A stretch of 64,000 nt of DNA from an uncultured Bacteroidota bacterium (GTDB lineage: Bacteria > Bacteroidota > Ignavibacteria > UBA10030 > UBA6906). The notes beneath the pieces were generated by a model. It did no database searches and was not told where the DNA came from. It worked only from the letters and a program-made list of their open reading frames with translations. A program made the position numbers and the translations under genes. The DNA lies in NCBI GenBank assembly GCA_963714855.1, contig CAVQPT010000014.1, positions 112,569-176,568 of the forward strand, given 5' to 3'. Below are positions 9,411 to 18,472 of this stretch, one piece after another. The number at the start of each line of letters is the position of its first letter. Position 1 is the first letter of the stretch.

Positions 9411-10223
9411 ATGCAGCAGCATTCGCAAGGTTCTGACTCGCCGGTGCTCTACTTCCCGCATGGAGGGGGACCATTACCTCTTCTTGGCGATCCCGGCCAT
9501 GCGAACATGGTCGATTTTCTGACCCGAATAACCCCGGACTTTCCTGAACCATCAGCAATACTCGTCATAAGCGCTCACTGGGAAGAAGACGTAGCAACGA
9601 TCACGAGCGGTGATTCCCCTCCCCTCGTGTATGACTACTACGGGTTTCCGGAGGAGGCGTATCGAATACGCTATCCGGCTCCCGGCGACCCCGCCCTCGC
9701 GAAGGAGATATTCCGTTTGCTGTCCGAGGGTGGAATCACTGCCAGCCTCGATGATCGACGCGGGTTCGATCACGGTGTCTTTGTACCTCTAACAATCATG
9801 TATCCGCACGCCCGGATTCCCTGCGTCCAGTTGTCGCTTATCAGGAAGCTGGACCCCGCATCTCATATGCGGCTCGGCAGAGCGCTTTCCGATCTCCGAA
9901 AGCATAATGTCCTCATCATCGGCTCAGGGTTCTCGTTTCATAACATGCAGGCCTTCTTCTCTTCAGACCAGGCTGAGCCTGACACCAGGAATGAGGCCTT
10001 CCAGCAGTGGCTTGTTGATACGTGCACACGAAAAGACATTTCCCGGGCAGACCGGGAAGAATCGCTTGTCGGCTGGGAAAACGCACCGCATGCGCGCTAC
10101 TGTCATCCCCGCGAAGAACATCTCATGCCCCTGCATGTGTGCTGTGGGCTCGGCGGATCCCCTGCGGAACTCGTGTTCGATGGTGATGTGTTGGGCAAGA
10201 GAGCGGTTGCACTCCTCTGGTAG
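9411..10223 (+). CDS. ygiD: class III extradiol dioxygenase, 4,5-DOPA dioxygenase-like (LigB/YgiD family)
   Basis: ATG 9411 is preceded by GAAGGGAG. Motifs: PVLYFPHGGGPLP, ISAHWE, YDYYGFPEEAY, YPAPGDP, GFDHGVFVPL, GSGFSFHN. Confidence 0.8.
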   Translation: MQQHSQGSDSPVLYFPHGGGPLPLLGDPGHANMVDFLTRITPDFPEPSAILVISAHWEEDVATITSGDSPPLVYDYYGFPEEAYRIRYPAPGDPALAKEIFRLLSEGGITASLDDRRGFDHGVFVPLTIMYPHARIPCVQLSLIRKLDPASHMRLGRALSDLRKHNVLIIGSGFSFHNMQAFFSSDQAEPDTRNEAFQQWLVDTCTRKDISRADREESLVGWENAPHARYCHPREEHLMPLHVCCGLGGSPAELVFDGDVLGKRAVALLW

Positions 10224-10337
10224 AGGGTTGAGCGGTTCGTCAACGGGTACCTGTCCCCTGCAGTCCAGTGTTCCATTGGGAGATCTCCGGGCGCCGCGGT
10301 GGAAGGGACCTGTCGGTGCCGCGCGCGGCATCCATCA

Positions 10338-10366
10338 TTGACTTTCGCCATTGGGGGAAGTATGTT
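10338..10366 (+). promoter_or_regulatory. sigma-70-type promoter candidate TTGACT-N17-TATGTT
   Basis: TTGACT at 10338-10343, an exact 17-nt spacer, and TATGTT at 10361-10366. It lies 39 nt upstream of ATG 10405. The same -35 hexamer and spacing recur at three other intergenic sites in this window. Confidence 0.4.
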
Positions 10367-10404
10367 ATAGGAGACTCTCCCTCGAGCACCCGGAAGGCCA
10401 AAGC

Positions 10405-12405
10405 ATGTGTTCCCCGCTCACCGGACGCACCGTCTCGACCATCGCCCTCATTGTTGCATTCGTCATCCCTCACCCTCTTGCTGCACAGCGGTCCGAAGCC
10501 CTCCTGGATTTCTACCGCCTGGAGCAGCAGACATGGCGCGAGTACCTGGAGGCATCAAAGGGGCTCACGACTGCGAGCGCAATCGATGTGACGTTCTATC
10601 ACATTCACATAGAGCCCTCACTCGAATCTCCCTATCTGACAGGAAACGTCCTTTGCCAATTCGTTGCACTCGAGCAGAACACCAGCGCATTCACTCTGAA
10701 CCTCCGTCGAGAGTTCACTGTCGACAGCGTTCGCGGAGATGCCGCTTCATTCGTATTTGAGGCAGATACGATTCGGCTCCTTCTGGATCGCACCTTCCAG
10801 ACCGGCGACACAGGATCGGTGCGCGTGTACTACCGGGGCGTCCCTCCGTTGATCAACAACACGAAAGGCCTCCGCTACACAACCCACGCCACTGCCCAGC
10901 GGGTCATCGCCTCGCTTTCCACACCATTCCTCGCCCACTCCTGGTGGCCCTGCAAGGACGGGCCAGGCGATAAGCCCGACTCGGTCGCGGTGGATATCAC
11001 CATTCCGGACACGAGCATCGGCGGCATCCCGGTGGTCGCTGTTTCCAACGGGGTGCTGGAAGAGACACTTCGTGTGGGGAGGAAGAAGACCTTCCGCTGG
11101 CGTCACCGCTATCCGATCGTTCCCTACTATGTGATGGCCGCAATTTCGAACTACCGCGAATTCCGTCAGACGTTCACCGGCCGTCTTGGGGAACAGTTTC
11201 CCATCGTCTACTACGTCTTTGAGGAACATCTCGCCGCTGCGCAGGAGGGAGTAGCGAGCCTGCCCCAGGTGATGGCTGCGTTTTCGGACTGCTTCGGCCC
11301 CTATCCGTTCCGCGCGGAGAAGTACGGGATGACCCAGCTCGGGTACTACGGAGCGATCGAAAACCAGACGAATACGATTATCAACAACATGGGCCTCTCA
11401 TTTTTCGGGGTGAGCGTGCACGAGCTGGCGCACATGTGGTTTGGCGACATGATCACGTGCAAGGACTGGCACCACGGATGGCTCAATGAGGGCTTTGCGA
11501 CATACGCCGAGGCGCTATGGGCGGAACACACCGGCGGGCACGACGCATATCTGAATGATGTTCGGACCGGGGAGTACTACGGTCCGGGCACGCTCTACCT
11601 TCAGGACATCACGGATCCGTTCGGCATATTCATTCCGATCATCTATAACAAGGGGTCCATGGTCCTGCACATGTTGCGCGGCGTCCTCGGTGATTCAGTG
11701 TTCTTTCGAGTGCTGTCGACGTACGCAGGCACGCCTGCTCTTCTGTACGGACACGCAACCACCGAGGACTTTCAGCAGGTCTGTGAGACCGTCAGCGGCA
11801 TGAGTCTCACATTCTTCTTCGATCAGTGGGTCTACGACCAGTACTACCCGTCGTATGTGTACGACTGGGCAAACAATGGCGTATCCGGCGGCGTGACCGT
11901 GACTATCCGCCAGAATCAGGGAGGCCAGGGGAGGCGTGCAGTGTTTGAGATGCCTGTGCGGCTGAAGTTCCATTTTCAGCAGGGAGGCGACACCACGGTG
12001 ACCGTGTGGAATAATCAGCAATCTCAGACCTATTTTCTTCCCCTGGGACACGTGGCACAGGCCATGGAGTTCGACCCAGAGCGGTGGATCCTGCGCAGCG
12101 CCACGGTGGAAGGCATAGTAGCACTTTCACAGGAGATTCCTGATCGATTCGCACTGTATCAGAACTTCCCAAATCCTTTCAATCCCTCGACAACGGTCCG
12201 GTATGACATTCACGAAGAGACACATGTCATGCTTGCGGTGTTCGATCTCCTCGGCCGCGAGGTGTCTGTTCTTGTGAGCGGGAGGGAAGAGCCGGGACGT
12301 TATGAGGTGGCATTCGACGCTCACGAACTGCCGAGTGGAGTGTATCTCTACAGGATGTCTGCAGGGAACTTCGTCCACACAAGGAAAATGCTTCTGCTTC
12401 AGTAG
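10405..12405 (+). CDS. M1-family zinc aminopeptidase with T9SS C-terminal sorting domain
   Basis: Signal peptide MCSPLTGRTVSTIALIVAFVIPHPLAAQ. Gluzincin motifs VHELAHMWFGD and WLNEGFATY. The C-terminus is YQNFPNPFNPSTTVRY...VYLYRMSAGNFVHTRKMLLLQ. Confidence 0.9.
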   Translation: MCSPLTGRTVSTIALIVAFVIPHPLAAQRSEALLDFYRLEQQTWREYLEASKGLTTASAIDVTFYHIHIEPSLESPYLTGNVLCQFVALEQNTSAFTLNLRREFTVDSVRGDAASFVFEADTIRLLLDRTFQTGDTGSVRVYYRGVPPLINNTKGLRYTTHATAQRVIASLSTPFLAHSWWPCKDGPGDKPDSVAVDITIPDTSIGGIPVVAVSNGVLEETLRVGRKKTFRWRHRYPIVPYYVMAAISNYREFRQTFTGRLGEQFPIVYYVFEEHLAAAQEGVASLPQVMAAFSDCFGPYPFRAEKYGMTQLGYYGAIENQTNTIINNMGLSFFGVSVHELAHMWFGDMITCKDWHHGWLNEGFATYAEALWAEHTGGHDAYLNDVRTGEYYGPGTLYLQDITDPFGIFIPIIYNKGSMVLHMLRGVLGDSVFFRVLSTYAGTPALLYGHATTEDFQQVCETVSGMSLTFFFDQWVYDQYYPSYVYDWANNGVSGGVTVTIRQNQGGQGRRAVFEMPVRLKFHFQQGGDTTVTVWNNQQSQTYFLPLGHVAQAMEFDPERWILRSATVEGIVALSQEIPDRFALYQNFPNPFNPSTTVRYDIHEETHVMLAVFDLLGREVSVLVSGREEPGRYEVAFDAHELPSGVYLYRMSAGNFVHTRKMLLLQ

Positions 12406-12643
12406 ACTTTCTTCGAAACGGATCGAACCTGCCGCGAATAGCCCGTATTCCTTGCGGGGCTCCGATCGGGGTCGTAGTCGAGCCCGTTGCACTCATCCCA
12501 TCATGCGCGCATTCCACCGAGATGAAGCATCATATCACCCAGTATTTGGCGTTCTATGGAACCAAACGAGGGGCTACGGGGGTTATTGTACTGTCCCCCG
12601 CACATCGGCGGGCAGAACTTTTTCGATTACAGAGGAGTGCATT

Positions 12644-13594
12644 ATGGCAGAGAAGAAGGTCATTGCAGTTGTTGGTGCGACAGGGGCACAGGGGGGCGGT
12701 CTGGTCCGCGCCATTCTGAGCGACCCGAAGGGTGAGTTTGCTGCCCGGGCGATCACCCGGGATGTGAATTCCGACAAAGCCAAGGAGCTCGCCAGACTGG
12801 GGGCGGAGGTTGTGGCAGCAGACGTCAATGACGTCGAGAGCCTCAAACAGGCATTCAAAGGCGCCTACGGCGTCTACTGCGTAACGTTTTTCTGGCAGGA
12901 CTTTTCGGCCGAGAAAGAAATAGCCCAGGCAACAAACATGGCCCGGGCAGCCAGGGAAACCGGAGTGCGGCACGCGATCTGGTCCACATTCGAAGATACG
13001 CGTAAATGGGTTCCCCTCACGGACAACCGCATGCCGACTCTCATGGGCAATTACAAAGTGGCTCACTTCGACGGGAAGAGCGAAGCGAACCACGTGTTTA
13101 CTGAAAATGGCGTCCCCACAACATTCCTGCTCACCTCGTTCTACTGGGAAAACATGATCTATTTCGGCGCGGGTCCGCAGAAGGGCCCCGACGGGACACT
13201 CGCGCTCACATATCCCATGGGCGACAAGAAACTTCCGGGGATGGCTTCCGAGGACATCGGCAAATGTGCGTATGGAATTTTCAAGAAAGGCCGTGAGCTG
13301 GTCGGAAAGACTGTCGGTGTCGCAGGCGAGCACCTGACGGGGACGCAGATGGCTTCCGCCCTCAGCAAGGCTCTTGGGAAGGAGATACGCTACAACGACG
13401 TACCCCCAGAAGTCTACCGGAGCTTTGGATTTCCGGGTGCCGAAGATATGGGCAACATGTTCCAGTTCAAGCGGGACTTCGAATCCATCTACACAGGTGC
13501 GCGCAGTCTTCAATTTTCCCGCTCCGTAAATCCCGAGCTGCAAACATTTGAGCAGTGGCTCACGAAGAACGCCAGCCGCATCCCGCTCGGGTGA
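12644..13594 (+). CDS. NmrA-family NAD(P)-binding protein
   Basis: ATG 12644 follows AGAGGAG. Rossmann motif MAEKKVIAVVGATGAQGGGLVRAIL. The length and the rest of the sequence are NmrA/isoflavone-reductase-like. The upstream part of ORF 12302.. overlaps the previous gene and is not coding. Confidence 0.85.
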   Translation: MAEKKVIAVVGATGAQGGGLVRAILSDPKGEFAARAITRDVNSDKAKELARLGAEVVAADVNDVESLKQAFKGAYGVYCVTFFWQDFSAEKEIAQATNMARAARETGVRHAIWSTFEDTRKWVPLTDNRMPTLMGNYKVAHFDGKSEANHVFTENGVPTTFLLTSFYWENMIYFGAGPQKGPDGTLALTYPMGDKKLPGMASEDIGKCAYGIFKKGRELVGKTVGVAGEHLTGTQMASALSKALGKEIRYNDVPPEVYRSFGFPGAEDMGNMFQFKRDFESIYTGARSLQFSRSVNPELQTFEQWLTKNASRIPLG

Positions 13595-13776
13595 CGGACG
13601 GCGACTTTTCTTTCCACGTCTCACATACACAACGATTCATCCTCGCATGCGGGCACCTGCGCAAGCAGCTGTGCCCGCTTGCATGATGGGGGGTGCATTC
13701 ATCGTCAATCAGAACCTGAAACAACCTCCGTCTTCCTGGAAAGTTCTCGCTCCGCCATTCCGGCGGAAATCCGTGA

Positions 13777-13805
13777 TTGACTATCGTGTTGGACTCCCCT
13801 ATCTT
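13777..13805 (+). promoter_or_regulatory. sigma-70-type promoter candidate TTGACT-N17-TATCTT
   Basis: TTGACT at 13777-13782, a 17-nt spacer, and TATCTT at 13800-13805. It sits in the 420-bp intergenic region, ~210 nt upstream of ATG 14017. Confidence 0.3.
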
Positions 13806-14108
13806 ACGTTCACACCACTTTTTCATCGTGCGATGGGAATCCTACATCCCTGTAGAGATCCCGATGCGTAGAACGAGGCATATATCCGGTATGCGCAAGC
13901 GTGCCGCCGGTGCATGTGCCGACCGCAGCTCTCACGCCCAGCATCTCCGCCGAGACCTTCCCATTGTGCTCTATGCTGTTTCCCCAATTCCCAGCTCACA
14001 ACGCAATGGATTCACTATGCGATCCCTTCTCCGTTGCACGTTCCTGCTCCTTGCCTGCATCGTCTTCGCGGGCCCGGCAGCAGCACAGGACCCGCAGGAA
14101 CTATCTGA

Positions 14109-14675
14109 ATGCAATCAAGTCAATGCGGCGCCAGAATCCTGTTTGAAGGACAGCATGAAGAGTTTGAAGACACACGGTCTGGATGCATCATCGTCACCGC
14201 TCTCCTCACAAAAGGAAAGAACGAAGCGTGGATTGAAGTGTGGCCACAGGGAGACGATTCATACATCCTGACGGTGGTTGAACGCCAGGCAATGAAACAG
14301 GAGGTGAGCGCCACCGACATGCTCGAGGCACTCAACAGAGACGGATACGTCGCGCTGGACATTCACTTCGACACGGCAAAAGCAACGATCCAGCCGGAGT
14401 CCCAACCGATCCTCGATCAGATTGTCGAGCTCCTCAAGCTCAATACGTCATTGAAGTTGAGCATAGAGGGACATACGGATAACGTGGGAGATGCAAAGAG
14501 CAACAAGGCGCTCTCGGTCGCAAGAGCCAAATCGGTGTTGACTGCTATCACAAAAGCCGGGATTGCGCAGAGCCGTCTTTCCTCAATCGGGTACGGGCAG
14601 GAAAAACCGGTGGCGGACAATCGCACGGAGGAGGGGCGAGCGAAAAACCGGCGGGTGGAGCTTGTGAAACAGTAG
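14109..14675 (+). CDS. OmpA-family peptidoglycan-binding protein (the matching signal peptide is encoded out of frame at 14017..)
   Basis: OmpA_C motifs: IHFDTAKATIQPESQPILDQIVELLK, LSIEGHTDNVGDAKSNKALSVARAKSV, GYGQEKPVADNRTEEGRAKNRRVELV. The ORF from ATG 14109 has no signal peptide. ATG 14017 in another frame encodes MRSLLRCTFLLLACIVFAGPAAAQ. Confidence 0.8.
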   Translation: MQSSQCGARILFEGQHEEFEDTRSGCIIVTALLTKGKNEAWIEVWPQGDDSYILTVVERQAMKQEVSATDMLEALNRDGYVALDIHFDTAKATIQPESQPILDQIVELLKLNTSLKLSIEGHTDNVGDAKSNKALSVARAKSVLTAITKAGIAQSRLSSIGYGQEKPVADNRTEEGRAKNRRVELVKQ

Positions 14676-14692
14676 ACTCCGCGAAACGTACC

Positions 14693-15541
14693 CTATCGCA
14701 CTGAGAGGTGGACGTTTGCCCAGAAGTCTACAGGCTGAGGGCGTTCCGGCCGTTCTGCTCCCTGTCCCGGGCGACCTCCGCCGGAACGACCTCCCCGGTC
14801 TCCTCCGCCCTGGGGCGGACCTCCACCTCCCGGTCTCCGGCCGTTGTTCCCTTCTTCGGACCGTGGACCCATCGATGGAAGCCGGCCCGATTCAACACCG
14901 ACCTTGATCATTGTCCCTGGCGCGGCACCGATCGCGTAGGGCCGGGTCGATGATGCCCTCAGAGGTATTTTCATCTCATAGATCATCGACCCCTCTGCGG
15001 CTTCCATCCTCACCTGGACCCCCTGGCCCTCTGCGATCGAGAACCGCGTGCGATCTCCCTCTCCCGGACCCACGATTTCGAATTCGTGCGGCGATTCGGC
15101 TCGCACCACCTCTTCGTTCTGCGGATCATCTCCCCGAGTTGCAGAGAACGAAATCCGCTCACCGCCACTGAACATGCCAATCGGGTAGCGGACACCCGTT
15201 CTTGCTCCGTCAGGCCGTTCGAACCAGAGGGTCAGCCCGGGCCCTACAATCTGCTGCCGAAAACTCCGAATGGGGCCTTTCACGCAGACATAGACATTGT
15301 CATCGTCGTTCGCAACACCCAGCAAAAGCTGTGTGCTGGGGATCGGAACAAGGAGCGTATCCCATTCTGTCGCGGACCCGTCTATCTGGATCTGTCCGGT
15401 CGTCCACCTGCTGGACAGTTCTGTCGTGCTGCCACAGCCGCTGAGGAGGACGGCCGAGAGAACAGAAAGAGCGATTGTCCATAACCGCACGATTGCCTGC
15501 ATATCGGGGATCCTTTTGGTCAGCATGGTGGATATTGACAT
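14693..15541 (-). CDS. lipoprotein with Arg/Gly-rich C-terminal tail, function unknown
   Basis: ORF 14693..15580. The ATG at 15541 is preceded by GGGAGGA. Signal and lipobox: MSISTMLTKRIPDMQAIVRLWTIALSVLSAVLLSGC. The C-terminus is NNGRRPGGGGPPQGGGDRGGRSGGGRPGQGAERPERPQP. Confidence 0.6.
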   Translation of the reverse strand: MSISTMLTKRIPDMQAIVRLWTIALSVLSAVLLSGCGSTTELSSRWTTGQIQIDGSATEWDTLLVPIPSTQLLLGVANDDDNVYVCVKGPIRSFRQQIVGPGLTLWFERPDGARTGVRYPIGMFSGGERISFSATRGDDPQNEEVVRAESPHEFEIVGPGEGDRTRFSIAEGQGVQVRMEAAEGSMIYEMKIPLRASSTRPYAIGAAPGTMIKVGVESGRLPSMGPRSEEGNNGRRPGGGGPPQGGGDRGGRSGGGRPGQGAERPERPQPVDFWANVHLSVR

Positions 15542-15880
15542 CCTGGTCCTCCCTGTTTCAATTTCACTCGGAAAGGGCAAAAAAATCTATCAGAAGGACA
15601 TATTACGTTTGACTCCTCACCCGGCCGAAGAGTTTAACCCAACTCGGCGATGAGTATCTGATTTTGCCCTGGGCTATGCAGCAGACCGTATGACACAAGG
15701 AGGAAACGCTATAACTCTTCAGGGTCGAGGCCGAAGAGGTCTTCCGTCAGCTTCAAGCGGATGGTAACACACAGGAGGTCGAATCTCTGCTGCGGGCGAA
15801 AGTTGCTTTTTTGATGGACCCTCAGCACATATGGAATAGCGTATGCCTCCTTGAAACCGATTCGAAGGCTGTCACTGCGT

Positions 15881-18351
15881 ATGACTAGAGGTCACAAACC
15901 CTTGCCGAAGCGAGACACTGGATTCTCTCAATTTGCTGTGTGCCTGTTCCTCACGATGTCCGTTGGTACGTCGAAGGCGGAGACAACGTTCAGCCCATCA
16001 ATCCAGCATGAGGTTGACGGAACGAGTGTCGTCATTACCGGGACGCATGGAAAGCGCCTGCGCCTCACATCCTACGGGCATCACATGGTCCGTGTGCAGG
16101 CCGTCCGGCCCGGCGAAGAGTTTTTCCCAGACGACCGGTATGAGATGATCGTCGCACATCCGTCGGACTGACTCCCTTCTTCTGTCCAAGGAACAGGGAT
16201 TTCTCCGAATCGCACCTCGCGCTGACAGCGGCATTGTTGTGAAAGTGGACGAGGCTTCGTTGAAACTTTCCTTCTTCCGGAATGGGACGGAAAGGCCGTT
16301 CCTCGAGGAGGACGAAGGCACTCGATGGAGACATGACACCATCGTCACGTCGTTTGTCTGTCATCAGGATGAGCATTTCACAGGATTGGGGCATGGATAC
16401 TATGGCAGGGCGGAGAGCCTGGATTTGCGCAGAGAAGTGATCCATCGCAACTACGGGTCACAGCATGGCGAGCAAGCACCCCTTCTTGTGCCTTTCTATC
16501 TTTCTGACAGGGGATATGGCGTATTTCTGAATAGCACGTTTCCGAACACATTCGTTTTCGGCAAACGATGGCCGCTATGAGATCTCTCTTCTCGGGGACG
16601 GACGGATGGACTACGTCGTGATCCTCGGCCCGGGATTCCCGGAAATCATCGACCGGTACACGCAGCTCACCGGGAGACCCCGGTTCCCTCCCCGCGCGGT
16701 ATTTGGTCTTGCCCTCTCAGACAAAGGGAACGACCATACCTCTTCCGATCCCTCCGACGAAGCATGGTGGAAACGGAAAGTGACCGAGCACAGAAATGTG
16801 GGATTTCCAATTGATCACATTGTCAACGACAATCGGTGGAGAGCGGGAGGCGGGAAACGGTGTGAATCGTACTTTGCATGGGACACGACGCGGTATCCCG
16901 ATCCACGGGAATACCAACTGTGGATCCGGGAGCATGGACTTGTCGTAACCCTTGATTTCAACCGCTGCATTGCGGCGAAGAGTGACGGTTGGAAGCCGTC
17001 GTTCAACATCCCGCTTTCCGACAGCATTGAATTCCGGGACAGCGCTCCAGATTTCACACGAAAGGAGGTGCGTGCATGGTTCTGGAACCTCTTCTGGCGC
17101 ACGTCGCTGGACCCCGCACTCGGTTATCCGGGTGATGCGCTCTGGATCGATGAATTCGACGAAATGGGGAAAGCTCCATCATCCATGCTCCTCGGTAATG
17201 GCAGAACGTGGAACGAAATGAAGAACTCCTGGTTTTTTCTCATCGCCAAAGCCCTCGTCCAGGAAGGGTGGGACGAACGGTTTCACGGAACGAAACGGCC
17301 GTTCGTGTGGGTACGAGGCATGAGCGCGGGAGCCCAGCGCTGGGCCACACTCTGGAGCGGGGACATCAAGCCGACCTATGCCGACATGGAAACGCAGGTT
17401 CGCGGCATGCAACTCGCCGGCCTATCCGGCTTCCCCTTCTGGGGTCATGACGCTGGTGGCTTTCACGACTGGGAGAGCGGCACAGGGCCGGATGACACGA
17501 TGTATCGCCAGTGGTCGATGGCCTTCGGCGCCTTCTCCCCTTTCTGGAAGCCACACGGTATGGGGCAATCACGGTGGCCCCTCGACCGCTCCAGCGAGGC
17601 GCAGAAAGACGCACACCGGTATTGCCAGTTGCGGTCTGCACTCATGCCTTACCTCTATACGTATGCGCATAAAGCCTCGCAAACGGGGATGCCGATCGCC
17701 CGTGCCATGATGATCGAATACCAGAATGATTCTCTCGCCTGGAAGAGTGATCTGCAGTATCTGTGGGGGCATGAGTTCCTTGTGGCCCCCAATTGTTCGG
17801 ATGGAGAGAACGTCACTCTCTGGCTCCCCGAGGGCGACTGGTATGATTTCTGGAGCGATACGCAGATCACCGGGGGGCAAATCTACACACTCCCCTCCCC
17901 CACAGGAATGCTGCCGCTCTTTGTGCGTTCTGGTGCTATTGTACCGATGGCGCCCGCGAAATTGAGCACGACCTTCATCCCCGAAGACAGTCTGATTCTT
18001 CATGTATACACAGGCCACGATGCAACCTTCGTACTGTATGAGGATGACGGCATCTCTGAACTGTACAGGACAGCGGGTGCTTTTCGGACGACCACGATCA
18101 CATTCACACAGTCCACTCTGTCGCTGCACATCACCTCTTCCACCGGCACGTATGCCTCTGCACCGGACCAGCGCGCGTACCAGGTAGTCTTCCATGGACT
18201 TCCCGGATCGGCCTGCTTCGAGGTGGACGGTATGCGTGTGCGATGGGAAAGGACTGTCGGGGAGTCAACCCCGAGCACTGCCGTTGTGACAATCCCACGG
18301 AGAGCAATACATGCCCCGCTTCACGTGCGGGCGATTTCGCCGTGTCTTTGA
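15881..18351 (+). pseudogene. GH31 alpha-glucosidase/alpha-xylosidase-like gene, reading frame interrupted twice (pseudogene or assembly indels)
   Basis: Three consecutive ORFs lie in three different frames: 15851/15881..16171 (signal + N-domain), 16149..16580 (FLRIAPRADSGIVVKVDEASLKLSFFRNG...HFTGLGHG) and ~16570..18351 (RYEISLLGDGRMDYVVILGP, WIDEFDE, WSGDI, GFPFWGHDAGGF). The frame switches fall near 16150-16170 and 16560-16585. Confidence 0.8.
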
Positions 18352-18472
18352 CCGCACGAGGCCGCCTGTTTCGTGCATGGAGGTCTCTGAAAGCCGATGT
18401 CAGCCGGGCGCATTCTTGTTCGCCGCCGGGCAGGAGCCCGGCGACTCACTCTTCACTGTTGTGGAATAGACA

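Noticed and set aside
12554-13630. 358-aa minus-strand ORF
   Set aside because: It is antisense to the NmrA-like gene, which has a Rossmann motif and an RBS. No family features are present.
13649-13678. Hairpin GCGGGCAC-N14-GTGCCCGC after the NmrA-like gene
   Set aside because: It is a possible terminator, but the loop is large and no U-tract follows. It is not reported as a feature.
15700-15830. Short minus-strand reading frame ending ...TIRLKLTEDLFGLDPEEL* in the 270-bp intergenic region
   Set aside because: It is below 60 aa, has no start/RBS context and no recognisable family. It could be a gene remnant, but that is not supportable.
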